DNA from: an uncultured Rivularia sp.
GTDB lineage: Bacteria; Cyanobacteriota; Cyanobacteriia; Cyanobacteriales; Nostocaceae
DNA length: 64,000 nt
Assembly (NCBI GenBank): GCA_963665115.1
Contig: OY762007.1
Location: 7,552,001 to 7,616,000 of the forward strand
Direction of reading: 5' to 3'
Shown: positions 1-11,021 of the stretch, one piece after another
Position numbering within the stretch: position 1 is the stretch's first letter
How the letters are laid out: every line of letters starts with the position of its first letter
Position numbers and translations under genes: made by a program
The notes under the pieces: generated by a model
What the model was told of the DNA's origin: nothing
Databases searched by the model: none
Seen by the model: only the letters and a program-made list of their open reading frames with translations

Positions 1-2
1 TA

Positions 3-1745
3 GTTAATAGTGTGATGGAAGCTTATATAAAAGAAAATATTTATACCAATCGTTCTGAAGCCATAGCAGCAGGTTCCTTTATTGAAAAGCAATTACCAGC
101 GGCAGTAACAGAATTAAGAAATGCAACAAAAGATTTACGAAATTTTAAGCAAGAAAATAAAGTTATTGAGTTAAGAGAAGAGACAGTTAAAGCAGTTCAA
201 ATTATTCATGAAATAGATAAAGAATTAGCCGATGCTCAATCGAATTTTGCCGAGATAAGGGCGAGAGAAAATGAAGTAAGTCGTCAACTAAATTTGCCTT
301 TAAATCAAGCTATCGATATAACTTCTTTAAGCCAGGTAAAAGGCGTACAGGAAGTATTAGACGAACTACAAAAAGTACAAACAGAATTAACAACTTTAAG
401 AACTACACGGACTCAACTCCATCCATCTATTGTGGATCTTGAAGAAAAAGAAGCTGCTTTAAATAATTTATTGCAGAGACGAATAGTTCAGTCTTTAGGA
501 TATAAAGCGCAGATTTCTCCAAGCAGTTTACAGATAGGAAGAGTAAAGCAAGACTTGGCTTCCGAGTTTGTTGAATTACATTCACAGCGCTTAGGTTTGG
601 CACAAAAGATAGAATCTTTGTCTGAATTAAGGAATATGTACAAGCAGAGGACTGAAAATATTCCAAATTTAGAGAGACAGCAAAATGAGTTAGAACAAAG
701 ATTATCAATAGCCCAGAAAAGTTACGAAAACCTTAAAGCAAGATTAGAAGAAATCAAACTAGCGGAAAATCAAACTGTTGGGAACGCTAGCATCGTAGAA
801 AAAGCGAAAAAAGTACACCCCAGTCCCCAAGCTCAGAAAAAAAGGTTTCTGATTTCTTTTGGTAGCCTCTTTGTTGGTTCATTACTGAGTATCGGTTCAG
901 CTTATTTCGTTGATTTGATTGATAGAAGATTAAAAACTGCTAAGGAAGCAGAGGCACTTTTTGGCTATACCTTATTGGGGCTAATCCCTAAATTCGATAA
1001 TAATAGCATTTCTGTTGTTGAGGATAAAATTACTGGTGTATCTGAAAGAGTTATTGTTGCTACTTCTCCTCGCACAGTAATTCATGAAGCATATCAAATG
1101 CTTCAAGCGAATTTGAAATTTATTAGTTTGGATAAGAAAATCCGCTCTATTGCAGTCACAAGTTCAATTACAGGTGAGGGGAAGACGGAAGTTGCGGCTA
1201 ATTTAGCAGCAGTTATGGCTCAAGTAGGAAGACGAGTGCTGCTAATTGATGCTGATATGCGAAACCCATCTCAACATCACCTTTGGGGTTTAATTAATTC
1301 TATTGGTTTGAGTAACGTCACAGTTGGAGAGAACAAACTGGAAAGTGCAGTACAAAATATGACTGAAAACTTATCTATACTCACATCTGGTGTTATGCCT
1401 CCGAATCCTTTGGCATTAGTAGATTCAGAGCGAATGACACATTTTATCGAAATGCTATCTCTTAATTATGACTGCATAATTTTTGATACTCCACCCTTAG
1501 TAGGAGCTGCTGAATCAGCAGTGTTATCCCAAATGGTGGATGGTGTTTTGCTTGTAGTCAGACCTGGTTCAGTTGATTCAGCTAGTGCGAATGCGGCGAA
1601 GTCCTTGCTAGAAAGGTCGGAGGCGAATGTTTTAGGAATTGTCGCTAATAGTGTAAATATTAAGCACGAGCCTAATAATTTCTTCTATTACAACAGTCCT
1701 CAGCCTGAATCCAGTGTGGAGAGAATCGAGAAAGCTAGGGTTTGA
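3..1745 (+). CDS. wzc: Wzc-like polysaccharide co-polymerase / BY-kinase (5'-truncated by window edge)
   Basis: Coiled-coil region, TM helix, Walker A GEGKT, LLIDADMRNP, IIFDTPP, Tyr-rich C-terminus (NNFFYYN); frame open to window start. Confidence 0.9.
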   Translation, partial: VNSVMEAYIKENIYTNRSEAIAAGSFIEKQLPAAVTELRNATKDLRNFKQENKVIELREETVKAVQIIHEIDKELADAQSNFAEIRARENEVSRQLNLPLNQAIDITSLSQVKGVQEVLDELQKVQTELTTLRTTRTQLHPSIVDLEEKEAALNNLLQRRIVQSLGYKAQISPSSLQIGRVKQDLASEFVELHSQRLGLAQKIESLSELRNMYKQRTENIPNLERQQNELEQRLSIAQKSYENLKARLEEIKLAENQTVGNASIVEKAKKVHPSPQAQKKRFLISFGSLFVGSLLSIGSAYFVDLIDRRLKTAKEAEALFGYTLLGLIPKFDNNSISVVEDKITGVSERVIVATSPRTVIHEAYQMLQANLKFISLDKKIRSIAVTSSITGEGKTEVAANLAAVMAQVGRRVLLIDADMRNPSQHHLWGLINSIGLSNVTVGENKLESAVQNMTENLSILTSGVMPPNPLALVDSERMTHFIEMLSLNYDCIIFDTPPLVGAAESAVLSQMVDGVLLVVRPGSVDSASANAAKSLLERSEANVLGIVANSVNIKHEPNNFFYYNSPQPESSVERIEKARV

Positions 1746-1811
1746 AGCTGTTTTGGTCTATCTTTTTATTAGTGTATATCGCTATTTCGCTTAATCTTTT
1801 AAATCGGAATA

Positions 1812-1867
1812 GTAGTGTGAGTTAAAAGCTCGCTCGTTATCTCCAGGAAGCGAGACGCTCCCACTAC
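1812..1867. repeat. Degenerate GTAG-type REP-like doublet
   Basis: GTAGTGTGAG..GCTCGCT ... GCGAGACGCTCCCACTAC, a decayed version of the perfect element at 25712-25766. Confidence 0.55.
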
Positions 1868-1941
1868 ATTTTTATTACCGTGCAAAATGAATGTGTTGAA
1901 GTCTAGCTATCTACTCTCCATTCAAACATTTAAATTGAATC

Positions 1942-2499
1942 ATGAGTGCCCAACTGAAGCAAATAATTAATTCTAGCCAAGTAGAAACGGAGCATTTAAA
2001 TCTTTGGGAGCAGTTAAAGGAAGACTGGATTGCTCACGGACGAGATTGGACTAAGCCTGGATTTAGGGCAGTTGCAGTTCATCGCTTTGGAGTTTGGCGA
2101 ATGAAAATACAATCTAAGTTATTGCGTGCGCCTTACAGTATTTTATACAACATGATGTATCGTAAGGTGCGTAATAATTACGGGATTGAAATTCCTTATA
2201 CAGTCAAACTGGGGCGACGAGTCGTTATCGAGCATCAAAGTGGAATAGTGATTCATGGGTGCTGCACGATTGGGGATGAATCCATAATCCGTCAGGGTGT
2301 AACTTTAGGAAATCGCTATTTAGAGCGTCCAATGCAAGCTCCTAAGTTAGGTAAAAGAGTAAATGTAGGAGCAGGAGCAAAGATTTTTGGCGATGTTTCG
2401 ATTGGAGATGGAGCTTCGATAGGAGCTAATGCTGTTGTTTTATGCGATGTACCGTCAGGAAAAACCTCTGTGGGTATACCTGCTAAAGTTATCAATTAA
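1942..2499 (+). CDS. Serine acetyltransferase-like left-handed beta-helix O-acetyltransferase (EPS-associated)
   Basis: Hexapeptide repeats, IEHQSGIVIH, VGAGAKI, GANAVV, VGIPAK. Confidence 0.85.
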   Translation: MSAQLKQIINSSQVETEHLNLWEQLKEDWIAHGRDWTKPGFRAVAVHRFGVWRMKIQSKLLRAPYSILYNMMYRKVRNNYGIEIPYTVKLGRRVVIEHQSGIVIHGCCTIGDESIIRQGVTLGNRYLERPMQAPKLGKRVNVGAGAKIFGDVSIGDGASIGANAVVLCDVPSGKTSVGIPAKVIN

Positions 2500-2569
2500 T
2501 TCTTCCCTGTAATATTATACAGGACGCTACACGATAAGATTATTTTGGGTTTCTCTAGAGATTGTCAAG

Positions 2570-3796
2570 GTGCAAATAATGTTTATGACTCAGGTTTTAT
2601 TGTTTTACTTTGATGTTTTTTTATTAGTATGTGGATTTGGATTACTAGTTCCATGTGCAGTTCTTCTTGCAGAATGCGTTGCTGCTTTAATTCCTTTTTC
2701 TGAGGAAAAGATTAGGGATGGGGAACAAGTTGAAAACACAAAAGTTGCTGTTTTGGTTCCCGCTCATAATGAGGAATTAATTATCAATTCCACGCTCAAA
2801 GACTTAAAAATTAAGTTACCAAAAGAACATGATTTGATTGTTGTTGCCGATAATTGTACTGATACTACAGCAGATATTGCTCGGCAACTTGGCGCTACAG
2901 TAATCGAGCGTAACGATGAAACTCATCTTGGCAAGGGATACGCTTTGGATTACGGTTTACGGTATATGGAGCAGCAACCACCAGATGTGGTCATATTTAT
3001 TGATGCTGACTGTTTTGTTCGAGAAGGGACTTTGGAAAAACTGACGCAGCTCGCTATTACCACCAAGCGACCCATTCAAGCTACCTATTTGATGTCGAAA
3101 CCTCCCCGTTCTACAACTAAAGATGCATTATCTGCATTTGCTTTTAAGGTTAAAAATCAGGTTCGTTTACTGGGATTAAAGCGATTTGGATTACCTTGCA
3201 CCCTTGTTGGTACTGGTATGGCTTTTCCTTGGTCTGCAATTAGTTCGGTAAACCTGGCTAACGGTGACATTGTTGAAGACATGAAGTTGGGTTTAGACCT
3301 GAATATTGCCGGACATCCACCGTTATTTTGCCCTTCTGCTGTTGTGACTGGATGTTTACCGCAACAGACACAAGCAGCCAAAACCCAAAGAACCCGATGG
3401 GAACACGGTCATCTACAAACTTTGCTTACCTACGTTCCTAGGTTAATAGGGGCATCAATAAAGCAAAGACGAATCGACTTGTTAGGAACTGCTCTCGATT
3501 TATCCGTTCCGCCTTTATCTTTATTAGTTGCTCTTTGGTTTTTGCTGATGAGTGCTTCGCTGTTAGTCGCATTTATCGGAATAGCTTATGCAGCAATATT
3601 TACAGGTATAATCGGATGGCTGCTAATGGTTGCAGTTTGTACGGCCTGGGTCAATTTTGGACGAAAAGATTTGACTTTACTGCAACTTCTGTCCATTCCT
3701 GCGTACATATTTAATAAAATACCCGTTTACTTTCGGTTTCTATTTAAGCCGGTTAAAACTTGGGTTCGCACTGAAAGAGACTCGGTTAATCCTTAG
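2570..3796 (+). CDS. Glycosyltransferase family 2, membrane-bound
   Basis: VPAHNEE, DNCTD, GKGYAL, IDAD, VED, QRTRW motifs; TM segments at both ends. Confidence 0.9.
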   Translation: MQIMFMTQVLLFYFDVFLLVCGFGLLVPCAVLLAECVAALIPFSEEKIRDGEQVENTKVAVLVPAHNEELIINSTLKDLKIKLPKEHDLIVVADNCTDTTADIARQLGATVIERNDETHLGKGYALDYGLRYMEQQPPDVVIFIDADCFVREGTLEKLTQLAITTKRPIQATYLMSKPPRSTTKDALSAFAFKVKNQVRLLGLKRFGLPCTLVGTGMAFPWSAISSVNLANGDIVEDMKLGLDLNIAGHPPLFCPSAVVTGCLPQQTQAAKTQRTRWEHGHLQTLLTYVPRLIGASIKQRRIDLLGTALDLSVPPLSLLVALWFLLMSASLLVAFIGIAYAAIFTGIIGWLLMVAVCTAWVNFGRKDLTLLQLLSIPAYIFNKIPVYFRFLFKPVKTWVRTERDSVNP

Positions 3797-3837
3797 AAAT
3801 TGAGTTTACTTAAATTTAATCAAAGGATATCAGAAAA

Positions 3838-5094
3838 ATGCGAGTTTTAATTGTTGCCGAACATGCTTCTGCGAAATTTGGCGGTGAAGCATTTTTACCG
3901 CTAAACTACTTTAGATTGCTTAGAGAACGTCAAATCGATACTTGGTTGGTAGTACATCAACGTACCCAAGCCGAACTTGAATCGCTTTTTCCTCAAGATT
4001 GCGACCGCATCCAATTTATAAAAGATACATGGATACATCGGTTTTTATGGAATTTGGGAGAGTTTTTTCCTAAGAGATTGGCTTTAATTACTACTGGCTT
4101 AATCAGTCATTTGTATACCCAGGTCATTCAGCGAAATGTTGTCCGTCAAATAGTGCGGAGCAATAATATAGATGTTGTTCACGAACCTATTCCAGTATCG
4201 CCAAAATTTCCTTCTTTAATGTTTGATGTTGCGGCACCTGTTGTAATTGGTCCGATGAATGGTGATATGTCATATCCTCCGGGTTTTGCTTCTTGTCAAA
4301 ATTGGTTTGTTGATTTGATGCTCTCTGTGGGACGTAATTTGTCGGAGTTTGGTAATCGTCTGATGCCGGGAAAACTTCAGGCAAAGGTTTTGCTTGTTGC
4401 TAACGAGCGTACCAAGCAAGCTTTACCTCGGGGAAGTAAGGGCACCGTTTTAAAACTGGTAGAAAACGGCGTAGATTTGTCTGTATGGCAGCGCGATCGG
4501 GTAGCTAAATTGCCCGCAAATCAACAAGAAACTCGTTTTGTTTTTATTGGCAGATTGGTAGATTGGAAAGCTGTTGATTTACTTTTAGAAGCTTTTAGTG
4601 CAGTTACAGCTAAATCCAATGTCTATTTGGAAATTATTGGTGATGGCGATCGAAGACAGCAACTCGAAGCTTTAACCGCGCAATTAGGTTTAAGCCAACA
4701 AGTAACTTTTTCTGGCTGGCTTTCTCAGGAGGAATGTGCTGTCAAATTAGAAAATGCTGATGCGTTAGTTCTTCCAAGTCTCTTAGAATGCGGAGGAGCA
4801 GTAGTTTTAGAAGCAATGGCTGTGGGGATACCTGCGATCGCAACTAAATGGGGTGGCCCCGTAGATTATTTAAATGACAGTTGCGGCATTTTGATAGAGC
4901 CAACTTCTAGAGAAGCTTTGCTCAAAGGATTCATAGAAGCGATGCATAAACTTGCCCAAAATCCTCAACTGCGATCGCAATTAGGTGAAGCTGGAAAAGA
5001 GCGAGTGCGGCAGCATTTTGACTGGGAGCGCAAAATAGATAGCATTTTAGAAGTTTATGATTTAGCAACAAATATCAAAACGGAGAAGTCATAA
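3838..5094 (+). CDS. Glycosyltransferase family 4
   Basis: FIGRLVDWKA, PSLLECGGAVVLEAMA (EX7E). Confidence 0.9.
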   Translation: MRVLIVAEHASAKFGGEAFLPLNYFRLLRERQIDTWLVVHQRTQAELESLFPQDCDRIQFIKDTWIHRFLWNLGEFFPKRLALITTGLISHLYTQVIQRNVVRQIVRSNNIDVVHEPIPVSPKFPSLMFDVAAPVVIGPMNGDMSYPPGFASCQNWFVDLMLSVGRNLSEFGNRLMPGKLQAKVLLVANERTKQALPRGSKGTVLKLVENGVDLSVWQRDRVAKLPANQQETRFVFIGRLVDWKAVDLLLEAFSAVTAKSNVYLEIIGDGDRRQQLEALTAQLGLSQQVTFSGWLSQEECAVKLENADALVLPSLLECGGAVVLEAMAVGIPAIATKWGGPVDYLNDSCGILIEPTSREALLKGFIEAMHKLAQNPQLRSQLGEAGKERVRQHFDWERKIDSILEVYDLATNIKTEKS

Positions 5095-5095
5095 A

Positions 5096-6328
5096 ATGTC
5101 CGAAAAACTTCGTATTCTTTATGCAGTGGGACCTGAAGATGTTATTGAAGCTTATAAATACTGGGTTAAGAATCAGGATGCTCCTTCCCAGGTATCGGTT
5201 CCTTATTCAAGCCAATTTTACGAAGTTTGTCAGGCATTAGATGCAAACGGTTACGTAATTGCTCAATCAAACGAGAGTGAATTTATCCGAGATGAGCGCT
5301 TTACTATTGAGCGTCGTCCAATTCCTTTAGCATCAGCTACAGGATTAATGTACCATTTTAGACAGATTTGGTGCGGACTAATTTTACTGTTCGATGCCAT
5401 ACGGTTTAAAGCAGATTTTGCGATCGTATCTAGCGGTACAACTCATTGGTTCGTCTTGTATTTGTTCTCTTTAATGGGAATAAAAATTATTCCTTCAATA
5501 CATTGCGTTCTTTGGGCGAAATATCTTCCCATACGTTTAGCTGATAAACTCAGTTTAAAGTTGAGTCGGAATCTGTTTGCTTCTAAATGCGAGGCAATGT
5601 TAGCTGTTTCTCACGATATCACCGAGCAGATTGCTCAATTAACTGATGGAGAACATCAACCTGTTTTAGAATTCTTTCCCAGTTTCCGGAGAAAAGATTT
5701 TGCGAACATTCCCGAACCATCTCAGGGCATATCGCCATTTAGAGTTTTATTTGCAGGTCGGATTGAGGAAAATAAAGGTGTATTCGATTTATTATCGATT
5801 ATGAAGCGTTTTGTCAGCGAGGGAATGGAAGATATAGTGTTTGATATTTGTGGCTCTGGTTCGGCTTTAGAATCTTTACGTTTAGAAGTGAAGCAAGCTG
5901 CTATAGAGGACAATTTTATTTGTCATGGACATTGTTCTAAAAACCATATGAGAGAAATATTTGGTCGATCTCATGTTGTAATAGTGCCTACAAGAAAAGA
6001 ATTTAGTGAAGGTTTTAATAGAGTTGTTTGTGAAAGTATTTTGTCAGGTCGTCCGGTTGTGACTTCTTCAGTTTGTCCTGCTTTATCTTACGTACAAGAT
6101 GCTGTAATCGAGGTTCCACCGGATGATATAAAAGCTTATGGTGATGCATTGCTGAAATTATACAGCAATAAACTATTTTACGAACAAAAGAAGCAAGGTT
6201 GCTCGCTGCTTCAAGAACAATTTTATGACACTAGCAAAAGTTGGGGAACTGCTTTAAAATCTATTGTTCTATCGGGGAATAAAAAACGGATTCAATCAAC
6301 TAGTAATGAAGTAGTCGGTAATTTTTAA
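5096..6328 (+). CDS. Glycosyltransferase family 4
   Basis: FAGRIEENKG, EGFNRVVCE (EX7E). Confidence 0.88.
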   Translation: MSEKLRILYAVGPEDVIEAYKYWVKNQDAPSQVSVPYSSQFYEVCQALDANGYVIAQSNESEFIRDERFTIERRPIPLASATGLMYHFRQIWCGLILLFDAIRFKADFAIVSSGTTHWFVLYLFSLMGIKIIPSIHCVLWAKYLPIRLADKLSLKLSRNLFASKCEAMLAVSHDITEQIAQLTDGEHQPVLEFFPSFRRKDFANIPEPSQGISPFRVLFAGRIEENKGVFDLLSIMKRFVSEGMEDIVFDICGSGSALESLRLEVKQAAIEDNFICHGHCSKNHMREIFGRSHVVIVPTRKEFSEGFNRVVCESILSGRPVVTSSVCPALSYVQDAVIEVPPDDIKAYGDALLKLYSNKLFYEQKKQGCSLLQEQFYDTSKSWGTALKSIVLSGNKKRIQSTSNEVVGNF

Positions 6329-6456
6329 CATTAATGATAAAACCATTAAGGATGTAAAAAAAAAGTCATTAAAACAATATCGAATACTTTCCACAAATAA
6401 ATATTAAGTATAGCTATAAAAATAAATTCTGAGAAAACAGTTAATAAATCACTACC

Positions 6457-7755
6457 GTGAAAATAAAACATTTAGAAACTGCTGAAAAAATATTTGCCAT
6501 TATCGGGTTAACTTTTTATTCTGGAGGCTTTCTAGCTGGTGCTTCGATAAATTCACCAGGGTTAATTCCACCATCAATAGTATCAATGATAAGGTATTTT
6601 GTTTGGTTTACCGCTATTGTGTTAATTTGCGCTAGTTATAAAAGAGCTTTGTACGTACTTAGTAGAGACATCTTTGTTTTCATCTTTATATTAATAGTTT
6701 ATTCATCATCTATATGGTCTGTGAATCCTGGATTTACCGAAAGATTCATGCCAGAAGTTTTACAAATGACTACATTTGGTATATATCTGGCAACACGATT
6801 TAGCTTAAAACAACAGCTAAGATTTGTCGCTTGGACTTTTGCTATTGGAGCGATTGCAAGTATTTTAGTTGTCTGGCGTTTGCCTGCTGCTGGCTTACAC
6901 TGGAATGACCATCCAGGTTCATGGAAAGGAATTTATGATTATAAAAATACTTTTGGTAGCCTAATGGTTCTAAACTCAATAGCTTTTTTACTAATACCTA
7001 TTGATAAGGCTAAACATAGAATATACAAATGGGGTTTTTTTGCGATATCTCTGCTGATGATATATTTTTCAACTTCAAAAACTTCATTAGTTGTTTCCTT
7101 TCTAACTATCGTAATTGTTTTGTTTTATCAGAAATTTAGATGGAAAGGAAAAATTAGCGTATTTTATGTCGATGCTTTATTGCTTTTTGTTGGTTCGGCT
7201 GCCACGATAGTAATTGGTTTATGGGTGGAGATATTAGGTGCTATGGGAAAAGATGCTACTTTAACAGGACGAACACCCATGTGGAATGTAGCATTTACAG
7301 AACTTATGCACAGACCGTGGTTAGGTTTTGGAAGAGGAGCATTTTGGGCAGAAAAAAGCAAATATGCAATAGATGCAGGTTATGCAGTTTCTCAAGGTTT
7401 TATTCCACCTCATGCTCATAATGGGTTCGTTGATATAATGCTTGATGTTGGTTTTGTTGGCTTTGCATTATTTCTAATTAGTTTTGTCATAGCCTACTTG
7501 AGGTCGTTGAAATTGGCTTACGCATCTGATAATGCAGAGGATATTTGGCCTTTAGCTTTTCTGTTATTTTTAACATTAAATAATATGATGGAAAGTTATT
7601 TGCTACGTCTTGCTAACGTATATTGGGTTTTGTACGTAGCTACTGCTTTGTCCGTTAAGGTTAGAAAAACAGTCAGCGTTAAGGGACAACATAAAGAAAC
7701 GCCAAAATTAACTAGATTTTCCCGTCGCCATTCTCAAAATGCATTCTTAAGGTGA
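6457..7755 (+). CDS. O-antigen ligase/polymerase family (Wzy-like) membrane protein
   Basis: Many TM helices, TLTGRTPMW, PWLGFG, HAHNG motifs. Confidence 0.85.
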   Translation: MKIKHLETAEKIFAIIGLTFYSGGFLAGASINSPGLIPPSIVSMIRYFVWFTAIVLICASYKRALYVLSRDIFVFIFILIVYSSSIWSVNPGFTERFMPEVLQMTTFGIYLATRFSLKQQLRFVAWTFAIGAIASILVVWRLPAAGLHWNDHPGSWKGIYDYKNTFGSLMVLNSIAFLLIPIDKAKHRIYKWGFFAISLLMIYFSTSKTSLVVSFLTIVIVLFYQKFRWKGKISVFYVDALLLFVGSAATIVIGLWVEILGAMGKDATLTGRTPMWNVAFTELMHRPWLGFGRGAFWAEKSKYAIDAGYAVSQGFIPPHAHNGFVDIMLDVGFVGFALFLISFVIAYLRSLKLAYASDNAEDIWPLAFLLFLTLNNMMESYLLRLANVYWVLYVATALSVKVRKTVSVKGQHKETPKLTRFSRRHSQNAFLR

Positions 7756-7928
7756 TGGGAAAGGCTGCGAATGACATGATTCCTAACGCCACGAAACAGA
7801 TATAAAGCTATTAGAACACGGGATTACCAATTGTCTGACAAAAACTAACTATGGGTAAGTTTTTAGAAGAGATGGTAATTCGGACGAGATGTTAACAAAA
7901 AATTTAAGTTTATCAGGGGATAGCTAAC

Positions 7929-8579
7929 ATGCACGTAGCTTATGCAAAAGTTTCGGAATGGGCAAAACATAATTCCTTTGGTAAAGCTTGGCGATTAGAG
8001 CGGATGAAACAATTTCTTGTTTTGGTAAAGCCACCATCGAATGCGAAAATTATTGACTTGGGAGGACATCTGCCGATGTGGCAATGGTTCGATCATGATT
8101 TTGAAGTAACGTTAGTTAATTTAGCCGGTTCTTATAAAAATACTGGAAAGTTTGGAAAATATATTTTAGTTGAAGGAGATGCGACTAATTTATCCGATAG
8201 CTTCGCGGATAAATCTTTTGATATAGTATTCAGTAATTCGGTCATCGAACACGTAGGTGATGAGTCAAAGCAGGCTGACTTTGCATCAGAAGTGATTCGT
8301 CTAGCTAAAGGTTATTGGGTACAGACACCAAGTAATTACTGGCCTATTGAGCCGCATAGTGGTGTAATCGGTTATTGGTTATTACCGGAATTTATCCGAC
8401 AAAATTTACACAAGTCATGGGAAAAGGAATTACCAGTTTGGACGGAGATGGTTAGAGGTACGAGAGTGCTTTCTAAAAATCGGATGCGCGAACTTTTCTC
8501 TGACAGTAAGTTTTATGTAGAGCGAAAGGCTTTACTAGAAAAGTCCTATGCTGCTTACAAACCTTTTCAAGCTGATTAG
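7929..8579 (+). CDS. Class I SAM-dependent methyltransferase
   Basis: IIDLGG, GDA, FDIVFSNSVIEHV, QTP..PIEPH. Confidence 0.85.
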   Translation: MHVAYAKVSEWAKHNSFGKAWRLERMKQFLVLVKPPSNAKIIDLGGHLPMWQWFDHDFEVTLVNLAGSYKNTGKFGKYILVEGDATNLSDSFADKSFDIVFSNSVIEHVGDESKQADFASEVIRLAKGYWVQTPSNYWPIEPHSGVIGYWLLPEFIRQNLHKSWEKELPVWTEMVRGTRVLSKNRMRELFSDSKFYVERKALLEKSYAAYKPFQAD

Positions 8580-8674
8580 TTTTTTGGAATAATACAGGTA
8601 TAATCCCTGTCCAATAATTGAAAGATTTTTTTGATTTTCTATTTTGATTAAAAATGGATTGCGGGAGGAGATGA

Positions 8675-9676
8675 GTGACTTCAATTGGAGTAGTTGTAAT
8701 TGGAAGAAATGAAGGAAACCGTCTTGAATCGTGTTTATCATCAGTTATTGGCGAAGGAAGAACGGTTATTTACGTTGATTCTGGTTCTAGCGATGGAAGC
8801 GTAGAATTAGCTCTTAGCTTGGGTGTTAGCGTTGTTGAATTAGATTTATCAATTCCTTTTACTGCTGCACGCGCGAGAAATGCGGGTTTTGAATATCTAT
8901 TACAAATAGAACATAAAGTTGATTTCGTTCAATTTGTTGATGGAGACTGTTTAGTAGTAAACGGATGGTTTGAACAAGCAATTAAAACATTGAATGCTAA
9001 ACCCGAGGTTGTTGTTGTTTGCGGTCGAAGGCGTGAAGAATTCCCTACAAACTCTGTTTATAATCGCTTATGCGATATTGAATGGGATACTCCTGTAGGG
9101 GAAACAAAAGCCTGCGGTGGTGATGCGATGATGCGCGTCAGAGCTTTGAAGCAGGTTGAAGGTTTTAATCCGACTTTAATTGCTGGAGAAGAACCAGAAC
9201 TATGCGTGCGCTTGCGTCAAGCTGGCGGTCAAATTATGCGTATAGATGCCGAAATGACTTTACATGATGCTCAAATTATGCATTTTGGGCAGTGGTGGAA
9301 GCGTTCCGTTCGCAACGGACACGCTTATGCTGAAGGTGCTTGGCTGCACGGGCGATCGCCAGAAAAACATTGGGCTAAAGAAAGTCGTAGAATTTGGGTT
9401 TGGGGTTTAGTATTACCGTTTTTGGCGGTTGCTAGCGCTTGGCTGACTAAAGGAATAAGCATCGTTTTACTTTTAGGGGCTTATGCTCTATTAGCTTCTC
9501 GCGTCTATAAATATGCGAAAACAAAAGGAATTACTTCCTCTGATGCATTGCTTTACGGTCTGTTTTGTGTAGTAGATAAATTTCCTGGATTTATAGGTCA
9601 GATTCAGTTTCATTTATCCCGCTTATTAAGAAGGAAACGCACTATTGTTGAATATAAAGGTGCAGTTATTAGTTAA
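8675..9676 (+). CDS. Glycosyltransferase family 2
   Basis: IGRNEG, YVDSGSSDGS, ARARNAG, FVDGDC, GEEPELC; GTG start after GGAG-rich RBS. Confidence 0.9.
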   Translation: MTSIGVVVIGRNEGNRLESCLSSVIGEGRTVIYVDSGSSDGSVELALSLGVSVVELDLSIPFTAARARNAGFEYLLQIEHKVDFVQFVDGDCLVVNGWFEQAIKTLNAKPEVVVVCGRRREEFPTNSVYNRLCDIEWDTPVGETKACGGDAMMRVRALKQVEGFNPTLIAGEEPELCVRLRQAGGQIMRIDAEMTLHDAQIMHFGQWWKRSVRNGHAYAEGAWLHGRSPEKHWAKESRRIWVWGLVLPFLAVASAWLTKGISIVLLLGAYALLASRVYKYAKTKGITSSDALLYGLFCVVDKFPGFIGQIQFHLSRLLRRKRTIVEYKGAVIS

Positions 9677-9766
9677 TAATAGTTGGGAATGAGGTATTAG
9701 GCATAGGAAGTCGCGGGGTTAGGAGTTGATATTGAATAAGAATCAGTAAGAGAACAAGAAAAGTCT

Positions 9767-11011
9767 ATGCTGCTAAAAAATATGTTTAAGATTTCTAATT
9801 TAGTTAGAAAGTCCGATTTATTGTCTTTTGAAGGCTCAACATCTTCGGCTAACCGAAATGGCAAGAAAAATAATTTATCCTACAAATCTATTGCTATTGT
9901 TGGTTGCGGTTTTGTAGCTGACTATTACCTAAAAACTCTCTCAATGCATCCGCAATTAAAGCTTGTGGGAGTAATGGATAAAATTGGCGATCGCGCTACT
10001 AAGTTTGCCCAATACCATAATGTTTCCCATGTTTACAATTCTCTCGACGATGTACTTGAGGATAATACGGTCGATATAGTCTTAAATTTAACTAACCCTC
10101 GCAGTCATTACGAAGTTTCTAAAGCTTGTTTGGAAGCAGGTAAACACGTTTATTCTGAAAAACCTTTCGCGATGGAAATGACTCAAGCTTCCGAGCTTGT
10201 AGATATTGCTAGAGCAAAAGGTTTATATCTCTCTTCTGCACCATGCAGCTTGTTAAGCGAAACTGCACAAACCGTATGGAAAGCATTGCGAGAAGATAAA
10301 GTGGGAAAAGTTCGGTTAGTCTATGCCGAAATGGATGATGGATTAGTCCATCAAATGCCCTATGAAAAGTGGTTGAGTGAATCCGGTACACCTTGGCCTT
10401 ATAAAGATGAATTTGAAGTCGGCTGTACGTTGGAACACGCAGGCTATTATGTAAACTGGCTTACTGCGTTCTTCGGTCCCGCCGAGACTGTTTCTGCCTT
10501 CTCATCCTGTGTAGTTCCAGATAAACATACTGATATAGCCTTAGATGTCGATGCTCCAGACTTCTCAGTAGCCTGTATTAAATTTGCTTCTGGAGTAGTT
10601 GCCAGATTAACCTGTAGTATCGTTGCTCCCCACGACCATTCTTTAAAAATTATTGGCGATGACGGTATACTTGGCATTGAGGATTGCTGGTATTATGGAA
10701 CACCCGTTTATATTCGCCGCAGTCTAACTATAGGACGAAAAAGACTCGAAGGTATTTGGAAGAAAAATTATCCTTTAGTCAAGAAAGCACCTAAATTTCC
10801 ATATAGAGGCGCACAACAAATGGATTTCTGTCGGGGTGTTGCAGAAATGGCTGATGCAATCATAGAAAACCGCCCTTGTAGACTCTCACCTGAATTTTCT
10901 CTACATAATAACGAACTTGTATTAGCAATCCAAAACTCTTTAGAAACGTCTTCCCCCTATAGGATGAAAACTTCTTTTGAACCTATGGAGCCTATGGATT
11001 GGGCGAAGTAG
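9767..11011 (+). CDS. Gfo/Idh/MocA family oxidoreductase
   Basis: IVGCGFVA, AGKHVYSEKP. Confidence 0.9.
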   Translation: MLLKNMFKISNLVRKSDLLSFEGSTSSANRNGKKNNLSYKSIAIVGCGFVADYYLKTLSMHPQLKLVGVMDKIGDRATKFAQYHNVSHVYNSLDDVLEDNTVDIVLNLTNPRSHYEVSKACLEAGKHVYSEKPFAMEMTQASELVDIARAKGLYLSSAPCSLLSETAQTVWKALREDKVGKVRLVYAEMDDGLVHQMPYEKWLSESGTPWPYKDEFEVGCTLEHAGYYVNWLTAFFGPAETVSAFSSCVVPDKHTDIALDVDAPDFSVACIKFASGVVARLTCSIVAPHDHSLKIIGDDGILGIEDCWYYGTPVYIRRSLTIGRKRLEGIWKKNYPLVKKAPKFPYRGAQQMDFCRGVAEMADAIIENRPCRLSPEFSLHNNELVLAIQNSLETSSPYRMKTSFEPMEPMDWAK

Positions 11012-11021
11012 AGGACAATTA